Made by a program: the position numbers and the translations under genes. This document shows, piece by piece, positions 36,411-50,330 of a stretch of DNA of 64,000 bases. The number at the start of each line of letters is the position of its first letter. Position 1 is the first letter of the stretch. Location of the stretch: positions 282,982-346,981 of the forward strand of contig MU057576.1 of assembly GCA_013265495.1 (NCBI GenBank), in the 5' to 3' direction. Source of the stretch: Vicugna vicugna (Eukaryota). Below the pieces are notes generated by a model. The model ran no database searches and was not told the DNA's origin. It saw nothing but the letters and a program-made list of their open reading frames with translations.

Positions 36411-39400
36411 ACAGGCCAAGGGAGGCGATGTAAGGGGCTCAAGGGGTGTGGGAGGGTGACGGCATGCAGAGGACGGGCTCAGGGAGCGGCAGGGTAAGGG
36501 GGTGCACAGAAGGGTAGGGGCACTAGGAGGAAGCCTAGGGGAGGCGAATTGGGACATACAGTCTTCAGTACCAAGCATGATCCCAAGTGGGGACGGAGTA
36601 GAAGATATAACCACTGAGGAGACAGGGGTGGCAGCTTGTGGGCTCTGGGTTCCAGCGGGTGGGGGAGGGGGAGAGAGCGATCATGGGAGTGAGAGGAGAA
36701 TGATGGCATAATCCATTGTCTCCTGTTTCATGCAAACACCCTCCTAGGTGAGATGGGCATGAGCACCTGATGGATGGTTGTCCCCAGTTAGCCCTGAGCC
36801 ACGCCTCACCCGTCCTCTTGCCATGGTCAGTCTCCAAAAACTGGTTGCCCAATCACGTGTGCATGAGTCAGGGCCCTGCCAGGCTGAGTAGGGCGTGGGT
36901 GTGGGCAGGAGCCGGGAGGCTTGCACAACCCTGAACGGCTGAGGTCACCGGAAAAAGCCCAGCTGCGGGAGACACCCCAGAGGGACCCCTCAAAAGACTT
37001 GGGGGGGGCACTGACAGTAAGATTTCTGGCTTCCCATCTGGGCTGGCCATCTTATGTGCCCTGCCGTTTCCCAGACCAGAATATTAACAGGGATGTTAAG
37101 TCCTACTTCTGTCTACCCCAGTGGGTAAGGGGCAAGCCTAGGAGGTGTTGGAGCCAATACCCCTGACTTCCCCAAGCCTGGCTTTCTGTGCCAGTGACTG
37201 GCGCTGGGCAATCCTGGGCTGGAGACTGGAGTCATCACAGCTCAGAGGGGCTTCCTGGAGCCTATGGCAGGGTGGAATGGGGCACCCTTCTGAGGACCAC
37301 TGGCCTCGAGAGCCTCAGCCAGCTTGGATCCGACGGGAGGAAGATAAGGGATGTTGAGTCTCCAGTCCAGTTCAGATCAACGTTGAGGGTTTAAGAGCCA
37401 GCCTAAGCTTGTAGCAAATTTGGGTACAGCCACTTTGGTTCCCCAAAACCATCTGCCGAGCAAAGGCAGGGAGCCAAGCTGATAGGAATAAAAGCATATG
37501 TATACTACTGGAGATGGTGCAGAAAGCAGCAAGTTACACATAGAGGAATCTATCACTTCTCCTGTCTAGAACTTGTCACATCTGAGCTAAAGTCTACAAA
37601 GAAACTGTAGTGCAGTGATTCCAAGAGTTCATGCCTCTGGGTGGGGTGGGGCGGGGGAATCTGTGATTCTCAACAGTGGGGGAAATTTAAAATTCCTTCC
37701 AACCACCATCACACCTACTTGCAGAAATTCTGAATCATCTTCCAGGTAAGAAGCCTACAGTATTGTCCACTGAAAAGGTTCAGTAACTATTTACTGAGCA
37801 CCTCCATGTGTTGATTCCTCAGGGCACTGGGCAGACACAGGTGAAGCACCGCTGTGCCATTGGATCATCATGCTGGACTTGTCTGTGTGTGACAGTTTAT
37901 TTACTCACAAGACAGTCCAGCAGGGAGGGTCTGACCCAGCCCAACCTCACCATTTGGGGTGGGATGGATAATACGGGAAGTGATCCTCTGGCCCAACCAG
38001 ATCCCCCATGCTCAGCCAGGCAGGTGAGGCTGGGTGTCACTGTCATGGGCAGTCACCCCTCTGGTGGCAGCAGATAGTAAATAGCGTGGGACAAAGCAGA
38101 GGTCAGCTTCACGAGTGGGCAGAGTGCAGGCACTATCAACAGGGCCACATTTGGAAGTCTGGTTGGGCAGGTTATCCACAGCCGGACATCTGCAGCTGAG
38201 CTCTGGGGTGTAGGAGAATTCCCCAGTCGGAGCTGGGAGCTGGCAGCTACAGGCAGGGAGACAGGTGTCCTAGGAGGTTACCTGAGAAGGAACCCAGGAA
38301 CAGAGCCCAAGGGGAGGCCAGTGGGGTTCTGGCCTTGGATCTTGAGAGATGGCCTGAATTACCTTGTCGGGGATCAAATGAAGGAGGGCAGGAGTTGGGT
38401 AGTCCTCAGGCAACATGGACGGGGTAGAGGACTGTGAGCCTGCCAGGGAGGGGAGCCTTGGGCCTGGAGGAGGAGGAAAATTGGGAGCGGGAGGTAGGGG
38501 TTGAGTTCCTGGCTAGCAAGGAAGTCTGTCATCTGTGTCTTGAGGGTACACAACCCATCCAGGGCTCCCTCTAGCCCACATGGGGCCCTGATATGACCTG
38601 AAAGTCACCACCCCCCACAGCAGACCCGTTGGGTAGACACACCAGAGGCACTCAGATGGCACCTTTGTATAGAGAGAGAGACTCGGCTCGCTCCTGCAGG
38701 TACAGCCCACACCAGGACACACAACTTGTGAACAGAACGTGAGTTGGATCTCAGTCCGCGTTGGCGGGCCTCGTACTCAGGATGCCCTGGGACCTGCTCG
38801 GCAGAGGGTGGTGAACCCTCTGGTTCCCCCTGAAGCTGGGCAAGCCTGGACCTCCCAGCAAGGAGCGTGACTGTGGGTGGGCTTCACTCCACGGTGGGAG
38901 GAGGGAGTGTGGATATAAACCAGCCTTTGTGCCTCTGAAAACCGGCCCCACCCCTCAGCTACCACCCTCTGCAGTGTAGCCTCTAATGGATTCCTTGTTC
39001 ACACCACGTCAAGAATCAGTGCTGGTGACACCCCATCCCCATCTAGTGGCCACAGAGTCACAGCTGGAGAGAGACTGACACGGTGGGCAGCCTCAGCCAC
39101 AGCCTTATGGCGTGAAGCCTGACCTGCAGGTTATGGTCCTTACTAGTAGCAACTAACATTTATAGAGCACGTTGCAATTTACCAAGTGCTTTCTCACACA
39201 TGATCTCATCTGCTCCCCGTGAGGCGGGGATGACTGGCAGGCCTCTCACAAATGAGAAGACAGCCGCGGAGAGGTCTGACCGAGGTGGCCGGGGAGGGGG
39301 GCTGCCGCAGGGTGGGCGGGAGGAAGCTCGCTGGCATCTGACTGCCTGGGTTCCCGCCCTAGTCCTGCGATTTCCTGGCTTCACCTTTTCTGTGCCTCAG

Positions 39401-40396
39401 TTTCTCCATGCATGAGATGGGGATGTTAGTGGCTAACTCATGCGTGAGATGGTCGTGGCAGTTATAATACTAGAGCAGTGCCTGGCATGGAACAGCTGAC
39501 CCCAGCATAGAGGGCCTGCTTTCATAGCCAATTCTGGAAATAAGATGCACCAGTGTGTACCATTTGTGGTACAGTTAAGATTGGGTCAGATTGCAGTCAT
39601 ATTTGCAAAATTTACTTGTTTGTAAGTTTGTTGCCCATGACTTAGTTCCCATGCAGATGGACGCAGTGGACTGAGGACTTAGGTAAGGTGGCCACAAATG
39701 CAAGTGACAGGGATGAGGGGAGCAGGTGGAGTGTCCTGGGCTGGACTGGACAGTGCGGCCCCCTGTGAAGGCCAAGTGGGAATTCAGGGTTAAAGCCCCT
39801 TCCCAGTTTTCAACAGATCTTCCCATTTTTTCAACAGAAGCCCCAAACACTGACTTTAATTTTCTATTTTAGCAACGATTTTGAATTTCTTTAAAACACT
39901 GTGTGGACTAGAACCAGACCAGCTACAGGCCGGTGTGGGCTCTCCAGGCTGTCCTCTGGGACTGTGACACCACCCCCCCACTGCCCAGAGCCTTCTGTGC
40001 CTGCCGACCACACCCCTCTTCCCCAGGCCTGTCTTTGCCAGGCTCCCTGATGGACACCACCCTGCTTGGCTTGCTCCTTGAGGCCAAAATGTCTGCCATG
40101 AAAGCGATGGGTGTTCTGCCTGGAAGATGCTATAAAAATTTCATTGCTCACTTACCATGTAATATGAAGAAAACTGTGCTGTGTAAAAAAAGATAAAAGC
40201 TGAGATGCACTTCTGGATGCAATCGAGCAGTGGCAAGTGTTGAAGCTGCACACACATGTAAGATATGATGTGTTCATGGTAATTTTTAAATAATGCTCAT
40301 CTCAGGAGAGATTCGACACCACATGAAAACCCCTCATTCAAGAGAGGAGCCTCAAAGTCATCTGTCCCAACTTCTCACATAAGATGGGGAAACCAG

Positions 40397-40540
40397 TGGG
40401 GAGGGTATAAGTCAATGGTAGGGCGTGTGCTTAGCGTGTACGAGGTCCTGGGTTCAAACTCCAGTACCTCCATTTAAAAAAAAATTAAAATACAGAAATA
40501 AACATAATTACCCCCCCCCAAAAAAAAACCAAACAAACAA
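40397..40540 (+). mobile_element. Camelid vic-1-type SINE
   Basis: SINE consensus; TSD aagatgg(g/a)gaaacc at 40381-40394 / 40541-40554. Confidence 0.92.
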
Positions 40541-41652
40541 AAGATGGAGAAACCTGCCCAAGAGCTAGTGCCCAACCTTTCATCAACATGCAGCTGCCCT
40601 CCTGCTTCCCAAACCCACTTTTCCAGTTGTACTGTGTAGTCCCTGCTTTCTGGGGCCTGTGATCTCCCTCCTCAGGGCATATCCCCGCACATGTCACCCC
40701 AAGGATGTTCACTGGGAGCCCTTCTGCACCCGTAGGGTAGCCCTGGCGCCTCTGGAAGGTAGCAATCCAGTAGCTGACTTTGTAGGATGTCGTCTGTGTT
40801 TATTGTATGTTCCTCTACTTTCCAGAAAGTGTGGAAGAAACGACCTGGGCTCAGGTTGAGGCAGACGGCATATAAACAGCACTTAGGAGCCAAGTGATTT
40901 TGTGTGAGGCATTTGGCCCTGAGTCTCTTATTCCTTTTCTCTGAATTTGGATGGATACCAGCTACCACTGAGTGTTGGTTATAATTATGATCAGATTTCC
41001 CCCCAGGAGAACACAAGGTCCCTGAGAGTTACACACACAGTGACACACCTGAACATGCGCAAGTGTGCACGCACTGCCCAGTGCCCAGAGCCAGAGGGCT
41101 GCTGAGGAGGTGGCCCTTGGGAACCCACCGTGGCAGCAGAGCCAGACGTTAGGTCATCCAGGCTTTTTCTGGCACTTGGGTCCAGCAAATGCTTTGCTTG
41201 GCTGGGGCTGGAGGCCCCTGTTCCTGGCTGACCACTGGCATTGGGATGCCTTCTCCTTGACTTCAGAATCCTTTCAGCGATCCCAGTGCACACTGAGACC
41301 AGACTGTTTCAGCAGCAAATTACAGAGACAATGATCTCAGCAAGATTGAGGCAACAGAATCAGAACTGAGCGGCATCCATACTCACATTTGCGCAGATAA
41401 AGTTACACACGCTGGTTGTGCTTGAATTTGAAGAGCCTGTCCTTCAGGGTAGGAAGAATTTTCCAGAGAGGAACAGCGGGTACCAATGAAGAGCAAGATT
41501 TGAAAGACTATAAGGGCAGGGATAGAATAGCCCATGACCCAGGCAAGAGGAATCAGGGGTTTATTCTAAACTCCATCACTGGGATCCTAATTAACTTAAA
41601 AAAATAGTTTAGTCTTCTTGGCCATTGTCCTCTCCATTTATAAAGGGGGTAC

Positions 41653-41985
41653 TATTACAGAAACCTGAATCTCATCGAGAGACCAAGCGACACTTGCACG
41701 GTTGGAGAACTCAGGTTTATTATGCCAATGGGCCAAGAGGAGTTAACATTCTAAGCTCTGGACCCCCCCCCCCGTAGGTTTACACAGGCTTTTATAAAAT
41801 TTTAGGTTTCAATTAAGTTCACACCACATTCAAATGAGGTGTTAGAAATGGACCAATCAGGAGTGAGCTCTTGGGAACCAATGGAATTCTAGGGGTAAGT
41901 TTCATTTTCCTAGAAGCAAGCCATTTTACGGAAGTGCAAAAGTGGGAAGGCAATGGCCCTGCCTGGGAGGTCTTGCTGGTCCCTT
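41653..41985 (-). mobile_element. ERV LTR fragment
   Basis: 'ggagaactcaggtttatt...ggcttttata' gives antisense polyA and TATA signals in LTR order. Confidence 0.55.
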
Positions 41986-42389
41986 TGTGGGTTTTGTCCC
42001 TTCAGTGCAATACCCAGTCATCAATATCTGATAAATGCACCCAATATGCCAGGTTCTGTGTTAAGCCACTTTACACGTGTGTCCCATTTAATCCTCATAA
42101 TGGAATCAGTTCTGTTATCATTTTCATTTTCCAGATGCAGACATGGAAGCTTATTTACTACCAAAAAAGAAATGATAAGTTTTCACAGGAGTAGCTAGGG
42201 AAGGCTTCGTAGAAGAGGTGATGTTGGAACTGTCTTAAGAAAATGAGTAGATGTCTGTCAAGTAGGTAACATGAGGAAGAGGAGAAAGCACAGGACATTC
42301 TAAGCAGAGGAATCAGCTTGTACCAAGGCCCAGTGGTCATAAATGAACTGGAAGACCAAACCGAGGTCCGACTATGAAAGGCTAAGCTA

Positions 42390-42786
42390 GTTTTTTTAAC
42401 AGACTTATTCTCTTGGAGCAGTTTCAGGTTCACAACAGAATTGAGCAGAAAATGCACAGAGTTCGCACACAGCCCGCTCCGCCCACACATATATACTCCC
42501 CTATCCTCACCATCCCTCATCAATGTGGCATGTTTGGTACAATCGATGAACCAGCATGGACACATTATTATCAACCAAAGTCCATGGTTTACATTAGGGT
42601 TCGCTGTTGATGTTGTACAGTCTATGGGTTTTGACAAATGCGCAATGACATGTAGCCACCACTACGGTATCATGCAGAATAATTTCATTGCCCTAAAAAT
42701 CCCTTGTGCTCCATCTATTCATTCCTCCCTCCCTCCCTCTCCTCAGACTCCTGGAAACCACAATCTTTTTATTGTTTCTGTAGCTG
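42390..42786 (-). mobile_element. L1MC-like 3' UTR retroposon, copy 2, inserted in an L2 relic
   Basis: Reverse complement aligns with 15620-16012; TSD aggctaagc(c)ta at 42379-42389 / 42787-42798. Confidence 0.85.
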
Positions 42787-43027
42787 AGGCTAAGCCTATT
42801 TGTTGGGCAATGTGCCATCAAGGATTTTGATGGGAGAGTCACATGATTGGATTTGTTGGGTGGACTAATGATTCTATAGTGCCTTTTGGGTAAAGTTTTG
42901 CAGTCTTCATTTATTATGGCTACAATTTACTTTTAATTCTCCACCACTTCCAGCTCACTCCCTTTTCCACCATTCTAGTGGACTATGTATTTAAATCTTT
43001 TTCAGAAGACAGGGACTCAGTACCTAC

Positions 43028-43517
43028 TGTCGACTGAAATAAACGCACCACCTAAAAGTTGAGAGTTATGGTTTATTTGGTGGACATTTCTGAGGACTCG
43101 AACCCCTTCAAGCCCAGGATGACAGCCTCTCAGATCGCCCTGAGGGACCGCTCCGAAGAGGCAGGGGAGGAGCCAGGATGTATAGGAGTTTTTGCAACAA
43201 TGACCAGGTAGTCAGAACATCAAAAGATTACTGTTAACTAGAGAAAACCAGACGTCTCCAGCTACAGAATTTAGCCCTTTTCTATGTATGGGAGGGAGCA
43301 AATATCTGGACACTCATTGAAATCATTCCTTCGACAAGCATCTGGCTATCTAGGGCCAGTATCCTGTCTTTCCACATCCAGAGTCCCCACAGCGGGCACC
43401 GCTGGGGGTGGCTGCAGAGGCCGGGCTGCCTGCTTGTCTGCATCCTGAGTTGGCTGATGACTTGATGGCCCAGCATTCTCTGCTTACTGATATGGCGTGC
43501 AGTATTTTTGGTTCACA
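43028..43517 (-). mobile_element. Solo ERV1-class LTR
   Basis: TG...CA termini, 4 bp TSD ctac (43024-43027 / 43518-43521), antisense AATAAA near 43075. Confidence 0.88.
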
Positions 43518-46500
43518 CTACCTACTTACAAATGTATGTGTATGTGCACATACAGGTGATGTCCAGGCCAGGGGAGAGAAAATGACAAGAGAGACTGAGA
43601 AGGAGGTGATTATTTCCAAGAGGTAGATGGAGTAGTAAAGAGACTGGTCACAGAAGCCAAGAGGAAAGAGTTGGAACAGGGATCAGCTGGTTGGCATGTC
43701 ACATGTTGCCAAGAAGTTAAATTGGATGTGGACTGAAAAAAGGTCTTGATTGAGTGATGAGAAGGTCACGGGGGATCATGAGGACAGTTCCCTGCCCTAC
43801 AGAGCCAGATACAAATGAGAAATGAAGAAGTGAAGGCAGCAAGGTCAGACTCACGTGGTCAAGAAATTTGCAAAAGGACAGGCAGAGAAAGACTGATGGG
43901 TTAAGTGAGGGAGGAGGCTCAGATTTGCTTGTTTGCTTGTTTTCCTGTCATCTGTAGGGATTGGATGCAGAGCTCAGACGGGAAGGTGAGCTTCAGGCAA
44001 GTGAAGGACACAGGGAGAAGTAAACCCGGAGGTAGAATGAATCCTGGATAGTGAAGATGTCAGACAATGGAGATGGGGAGAAAGCTAAAAGCTAAGCCAC
44101 AGCTTACCCTGGAATGGCAGCTGAGACTGAAGTGTGCAATCTGACTGGAGGACTCTGAGAAGTGGGTTTCTGCAGTTTCCCCACAGAAATATGGTTGAGG
44201 TCATGGCCCCAGCTGCACACTTCTGGCTCCTGTTCCTCCCCCTCCACACACACGCACCTGTTCGCTGCACATCCCCACGGAGGGTCACTTCTCGAAGCCT
44301 CACTTTTGCTGCCTGGTGGGGATGCGGCTACTTTGGGAGGTGGGGGAGGAAAGGTGGACCACACAGGTGAGAGGGAGAGAGGCGGGCAAGGAGAGCAGTA
44401 AGCCAGCGATTGCGTATTCTGATTCCAGCTTCACTCCAAGGGCTGAGTCCTCTCCGATTGATGGGCATTTCCTGTTCTGCCTGTATTGCAATAGTGCTTT
44501 CGTTCCCATTCCAAAGATGAACTCAGAGAAACTTGTATTCAAAAGAAGGAAAAAAAAATTAGCAGTGAATCTGATGGGAGAGGGTGCGGCCGCCAGTATG
44601 TATGTAATGCTGTCTGTTCCTGGGGGTTTACAGAACCACAGTGCTTCGGTGAGTCACAGCAGCCAGCAGTGCTGGGACGTGACTAAGTCCTTACAACCCG
44701 TCAGCCTGAAGCAGAGCAAGACATATTATTTAACCCCTCCGCTGCCATGGCCTGACACAGGAGAGGGCCTGCCCTTGGGTAGACAGCGACTCAAGATGCT
44801 CAAGTCCAGGGCGTTGAGAAAAGACCCTTGAACTGCAAAAATATCTCCCTGGGGCAACAGCAAAAGACCTTTCATTCCACATCACAAATGCCTCTGAGAG
44901 AGGTAGCACGTGGAACCCCAGCATTTTACAGTTGAGGGGAACTTTGGACTTCAACCAGGCAAATCTTCCCCCTTCACAGATGAGGACATTGAGGCCCACT
45001 GTCAGTGTGCAGTGAGAGATTAGCAACCAGTCAAGGTCACACAGTGAGATAGCAGCAGACAGGGGACTTGAACCTGGGTCTCCTGATGGCAAGCCTATGA
45101 CACGATGATCTTTCAAGTGTATTGCCTCTCTATATCTCAGGCAGGGAGCCAGGGTCTCCCGCCTCATGTCTCCTGTGTGTGCCTGCTTTCCTCATGGGTT
45201 TTCCCGTAATCCCCAAGTTCTACTGAAAATTCTCACACCTGGAGTCCTTGAGGGGCTAGGATTTGGATCTGGGTGGAGTCTCCCACTCTGGAGCCTGCTG
45301 TGTGCCTGGATGTGGTTGTGTCTCAGACACGCCTAACTCAGGGACTTTGGGCAAGCTATTTAAATTATTTGAATCTCAGTAGCCTCGTCTGTGAAATGGG
45401 GATAAAAACAATGGGATTGTGGGAAATCACTGAAATAATTTATGAAAAGTGCTTAGCGGGTCCCAGGCACAGAATAAGGGCTCACCAAACTGTAGCTACT
45501 GTTCCCGTGGTGGAAGTATTGATGCCTCCACAAAGAACGAGGCGTTCCCGCCAGGAGCACCCAGGGAGTGCTGCCTCTGGCTGACCCCCGATACTCAAAG
45601 TCCTCATGGGAATCTCTGTCCAGAGTCTTTCTGTGAAGTCCTTAAATCTCCGCCAGCAATGCAGGCATCACTGTGACCCAAATCCTTTCCAGGTCCCTGA
45701 TCTATAATTGCTGAAGTCTAAGTGTAAGGACATCTGAATTGCTGCATCCCACCCGGTCTTGCCTCTGGCAGAAGCAGCAAGAGAGTGTTCAAGGGGGGGT
45801 GGGTTGTCTTCTTAGCATCCTTCACAAGAAGTTAAAATGCCATCCACCTGCCCCAGATATCTGTCCTTGTCTCGCTTAATAACCAACTGATTCTGTCATA
45901 CAAGAGTTATCCGAGTAAATGATTGCCAGAAAATCTTTTATTTTTGATCATTGTTCTATTTGAGCATGTTTAAGCACATATTCTAGAGGAAAGCGATCTG
46001 TTAGTATTAACAGAACTGAGAGAGGCATCTGACTGGGGAGAGCAGGCAGAGCAGAAGTTGGGGTGAGGGGATGGCTTGGGAAAAAGGGATTAAGTAAAAG
46101 TCTGTGTGCTGAGTATGAGACCCCTCACCCCTCCTCTGCTTAGTTCCAAGAATGCTGGGAAGCCAGATTCATATCCCCTAGGAGGGAAATTGGAGCATCT
46201 TGATCTGGAGAATTGAATCACACTAGGAGGAAGACCTCAGATCCTACAGATATTGACATTTGAAAGTGTCTCAGCGCAAAAATCCCATCATTACTCAACT
46301 CCCATATAGCAGACCCAACACCTTCTTGTTTTTTTCTTATCAATTTTATTGAGGTATAATTGACATACAATATGATGGCTCATATTTAAGGTACACAATT
46401 TGAAAAGTTCTGACATATGCACCTACTCATGAAACCATCACCACAGTCAAGATAATGAGCATATTTGTCCCCCCAAAGTATTATTGCACCCCTTTGGAAT

Positions 46501-47659
46501 CTCCCCTCTTTTTGCTCCCTGTCCAATCCTTCATTCTCAGGAAACTCCTGATCTCTTTCTGTCCTATAGATTAGTTTGCATTTTCAAGAATTTTATGAAA
46601 ATGAAAGCATGCAGTATGTACTCACTTTGTCAGGCTTATTTCATGAAGCATAATTATTTTGAGATTTGACCATGCCCCTTAAAATAAATATTTTGAAATA
46701 TCTCCTTTATGATTGAAATGAAATTCATAGTTAAAAGAATCAACCTAAACATAATTTTGTAAGAAACAGTATAATGCCCTTACAAAGGAGAAATAAAAGG
46801 AATTTATGATGCAACAACTGTGTTTCACCATGAAAGCACATGGGCAGCACACTCTGGAAGACATAATAAAGTGAGTAGTTAGATGTTTTCCTCTTCTTAC
46901 AATGAGTAAGTTTGAATACTGATGATAATTCTTTCATTATACTTGGTTATAGTTCTTATATTTGCCATTTTGAAATAAGGTCTAAATTAGTAAATTTTTA
47001 ATCACCGTGATAACTACAATTGCAGGCTGATATCGGCATACTAGTTTTTGTTTTTGTTTTTGTTTTTCAATCTCACTGCCCCTCATCACCCTGAGATTCT
47101 TCCTTTTCTTGCCAGAACCTTTGAACCCTTGGAGTGGCCAACTTCCCCCAGTCCATTCGTTGCTCTCTGGCTAAGCAGATTCCACTGCAAACCCCTCAGG
47201 ACTCTGTATTTCTTCACCCTCTTGAAAATCTTTGGCCAGGCTTACCCCATCAGTTCCCAACTCATGGTCACTCGACTCAACTTTCTCTGCTCCTTCTCCT
47301 TGGCTGGAGAGGATTCTTACAGGGAGTTGCAGGGCTGGGCGGTCCTGATCAATACAGACTCATGCAGGCCCTTGCTGATGGGTTTTCCCATCTCATTGAT
47401 TTCCTCCTTCTGCTTAGAGCATTTATGTCAGATCTGCTCCTTTCTCCTCATGTTCCCATTTCCAAGTCATTTGTCTAATCAATGGCTAACCAATCTCTTA
47501 CTGTCTCTAATCAATTCCTAACTGTCTCTTACTATATGGAGAAACATGGGCTATGTATATCCTCCAGCTTCACCTCTCTTATCTGAGAGGAAGACAATTC
47601 TCTCTTCTGCTTTATATTCAATTTATTTAGTCTAAAACAAAAACAGTTTGCTTGTTTCT

Positions 47660-50330
47660 TCAACCTTTCAATACTCACCTATGGCAACCAAAAATCTGTT
47701 CTCTATATCTATGAATTTGTTTTTTCTGTTTTTTGTTTTATTTATTTTTTTTTAGATTCCAGATACAAGAGAGAAAATATGATGTTTTTCTTTCTCTGGC
47801 AGACTTATTTAGCTTAGAATAATGCCTTCAAGGTCAATTAATGTTGTCGCAAACGGCAAGGTTTCATTTGTTTTTATGGCTGAATGATATTCCATTGTGA
47901 ATACATATACCACAATTTCTTTATCTATTTCTCTATTGATAGAGACTTAAGTTATTTCCATATCTTGGCTATTGTAAATAATGCTGTAATGAACATGGGG
48001 GTGCATATATCCTTTTCAGTCAATGTTTTTCTTTTCTTCGGATTAATATCCATAAGTAGAATTGCTGGATCATATGGTAGTTCTATTTTTAATTTTCTTG
48101 AAAACATGCAGTTTTCCTAGTAGCTGCACCAATTTATATTCCCAACATCAGCACAAAAGGGTTCCCTTTTCTCTACATCTCTGCCAACACTTGTTACTAG
48201 TCTTTTCGATAATAGCCATTCTAACAGGTATAAGGTGATATCTCATTGTGGTTTTGATTTGCATTTCTTTGATGATTAATAATGTAGAACATCTTTTCAT
48301 ATACCTGTTGGCCATCTGTACATCTTCTTTGGGAAAATGCCTATTCAGATCTTTGCCCATTTTTAATTGGATTGTTTGATTTTTTGATATTGAGTTATAT
48401 GAGTTCTTTATCGTTTTTGGATATTAGCCCCTTACCAGATATACAATTTGCAAACATTTTCTCCTGTTTAGTAGGTTGGCTTTCATTTTGTTGATGGTTT
48501 CCTTTACTGCACAGAAGATTTTTAGTTTGATGTTAGCATACGTTTATTTTTGCATTTGTTGCTTTTGCTTTTGATGTCAGATCCAAAAATCATCACCAAG
48601 ACCAATGTCAAGGAGCTTACCATCTATGTTTTCTTTTAGGATTTTTATTGTTTCAGGTCTTATATTCAAGTTTTTAACCCATTTTAAGTTAATTTTGTGT
48701 ATGGTGTGAGATAGTGGTCCGTTTTCATCCTTTGGCATGTGGCTGTCCAATTTTCCCATTGTATATTCTTGGCTCCCTTCTTTATTGCATAAGCTTGGCT
48801 CCTTTGTCAGAAGTTAGTTGAACATGTATGTGTGGGTTTATTTCTGGGCTCTCTATTCTGTTCCATTTGTCCGTGTGTCAGTTTTTATGCCAATACGACA
48901 CTATTTCAATTAACATGGCTTGTAATATCATTGGAAATCAGGTAGCATGATGCCTCCAGCTTTGTTCTTCTTTCTCAAGATTGTTTCGGCTATTTGAGAT
49001 CTACACAAGTTTTAAGATTGTTTGTTCTATTTCTGTGAAAAATGCCATTGGAATTTTGATAGGGATTGCATTGAATCTGTAGACTGCTTTGGGTAGTAAG
49101 AACATTTTAACATTTTTAATTCTTCCAACCCATGAGCACGAAATATCTTTCCATTTATTTGTGTCTTCTTCAATTTCTTTCATTAATATCTTATACTTTT
49201 CAGTATAAAGGTCTTCTACCTCCTTGGTTAAATTTATTTCTAGGTATTTTATTCTTTCTGATGCAGCTGTAAATGGGATAGTTTTCTTAATTTCTCTTTC
49301 TGATAGTTCATTATTACTGTATGAAAATGCAACAAATTTTGTGTACTGAGTTTGTATCCTGCAAATTTACTAAAATTTGTTTATTAGTTATATCAGCTTT
49401 TTGATGGAGTCTTTAGAGTTTTCTATATATAATATCATGTCAAATAGTGACAGTTGTACTTCTTCCTTTCCAATTTGGACTTTTCTTATTCTTGTCTAAT
49501 TGCTTGGGCCAACATTTTCAATACTAGGTTGAATAAAAGTGATGACACTGGGCATCCATGAATTGTTCCTGATCTTAGAGAAAAGGCTTTCAGCTTTCAC
49601 CACTGACTATGATGTTAGCTGTGGGCTTGTCATATATGGCCTTCATTATGTTGAGGTATGTTCCCTCTATATCCACTCTGTTGAGAGTTTTTAATCATAA
49701 ATAGATGTTGAATTTTATCAAATGCTTTTTCTGCATCTGCTGAGATGATCATATGATGTTTACCCTTCATTTTGTTAATATATCACATTGACTAATTTGC
49801 AGATGTTCAACCATCCTTGCATCCTTGGAATAAATCCCACTTAATCATGGTGAGTGATCTCTTTAATAGATTGTTGAACTTGGTTTGCTAATGTTTTGTT
49901 GAAGATTTTTGCATCTATGTTCATCAGGGATATTGGCACATATGTCCACATTCTTTTCTTGAGGTATCCTTGTCTGGTTTTGATGTCAGGGTAATGCTGG
50001 CCTCATAAAATGAGATTAGAAGAGTTCTTGCCTCTTCTATTTTTGGAAGGATTTGGTGTTAACCCTTTGAGAAGGATTGGTGTTAATTATTCTTTAAATA
50101 TTTGGTTGAATTCCCCAGTGAAGCCATCTGGCCCTGGACTTCTGTTTGTTGGGAGGTTTCTGATTACTCATTTAATCCCCTTGCTAGTAATCAGACTGTT
50201 CAGATTTTCTGTTGCCTCATGATTCAGTCTTGATAGGTTGTATATTTCTAGGAATTTATGCATTTCTTCTATGTTGTTCAAATTGTTGGAGCATGATTAT
50301 TCATAGTAGTCTCTTATGATCCTTTGTATT
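47660..50330 (-). mobile_element. ~2.7 kb L1 ORF2 fragment (RT to C-terminus, disrupted)
   Basis: Minus-strand peptides '[21 protein letters not shown]...PIKIPMAFF' and '[24 protein letters not shown]...[11 protein letters not shown]'. Confidence 0.95.

Noticed and set aside
38052..39053. CTCF-like motifs (CTGCCACCAGAGGGGTG at ~38054-38070; TGGCCACTAGATGGGG at ~39037-39052, minus strand)
   Set aside because: Both miss the GGC(A/G)C end of the core and cannot be supported without PWM scoring or ChIP data.
47048..47521. 157 aa hydrophobic plus-strand ORF
   Set aside because: It starts at a non-ATG codon in a T-rich tract, has pyrimidine-biased composition and no recognisable homology.
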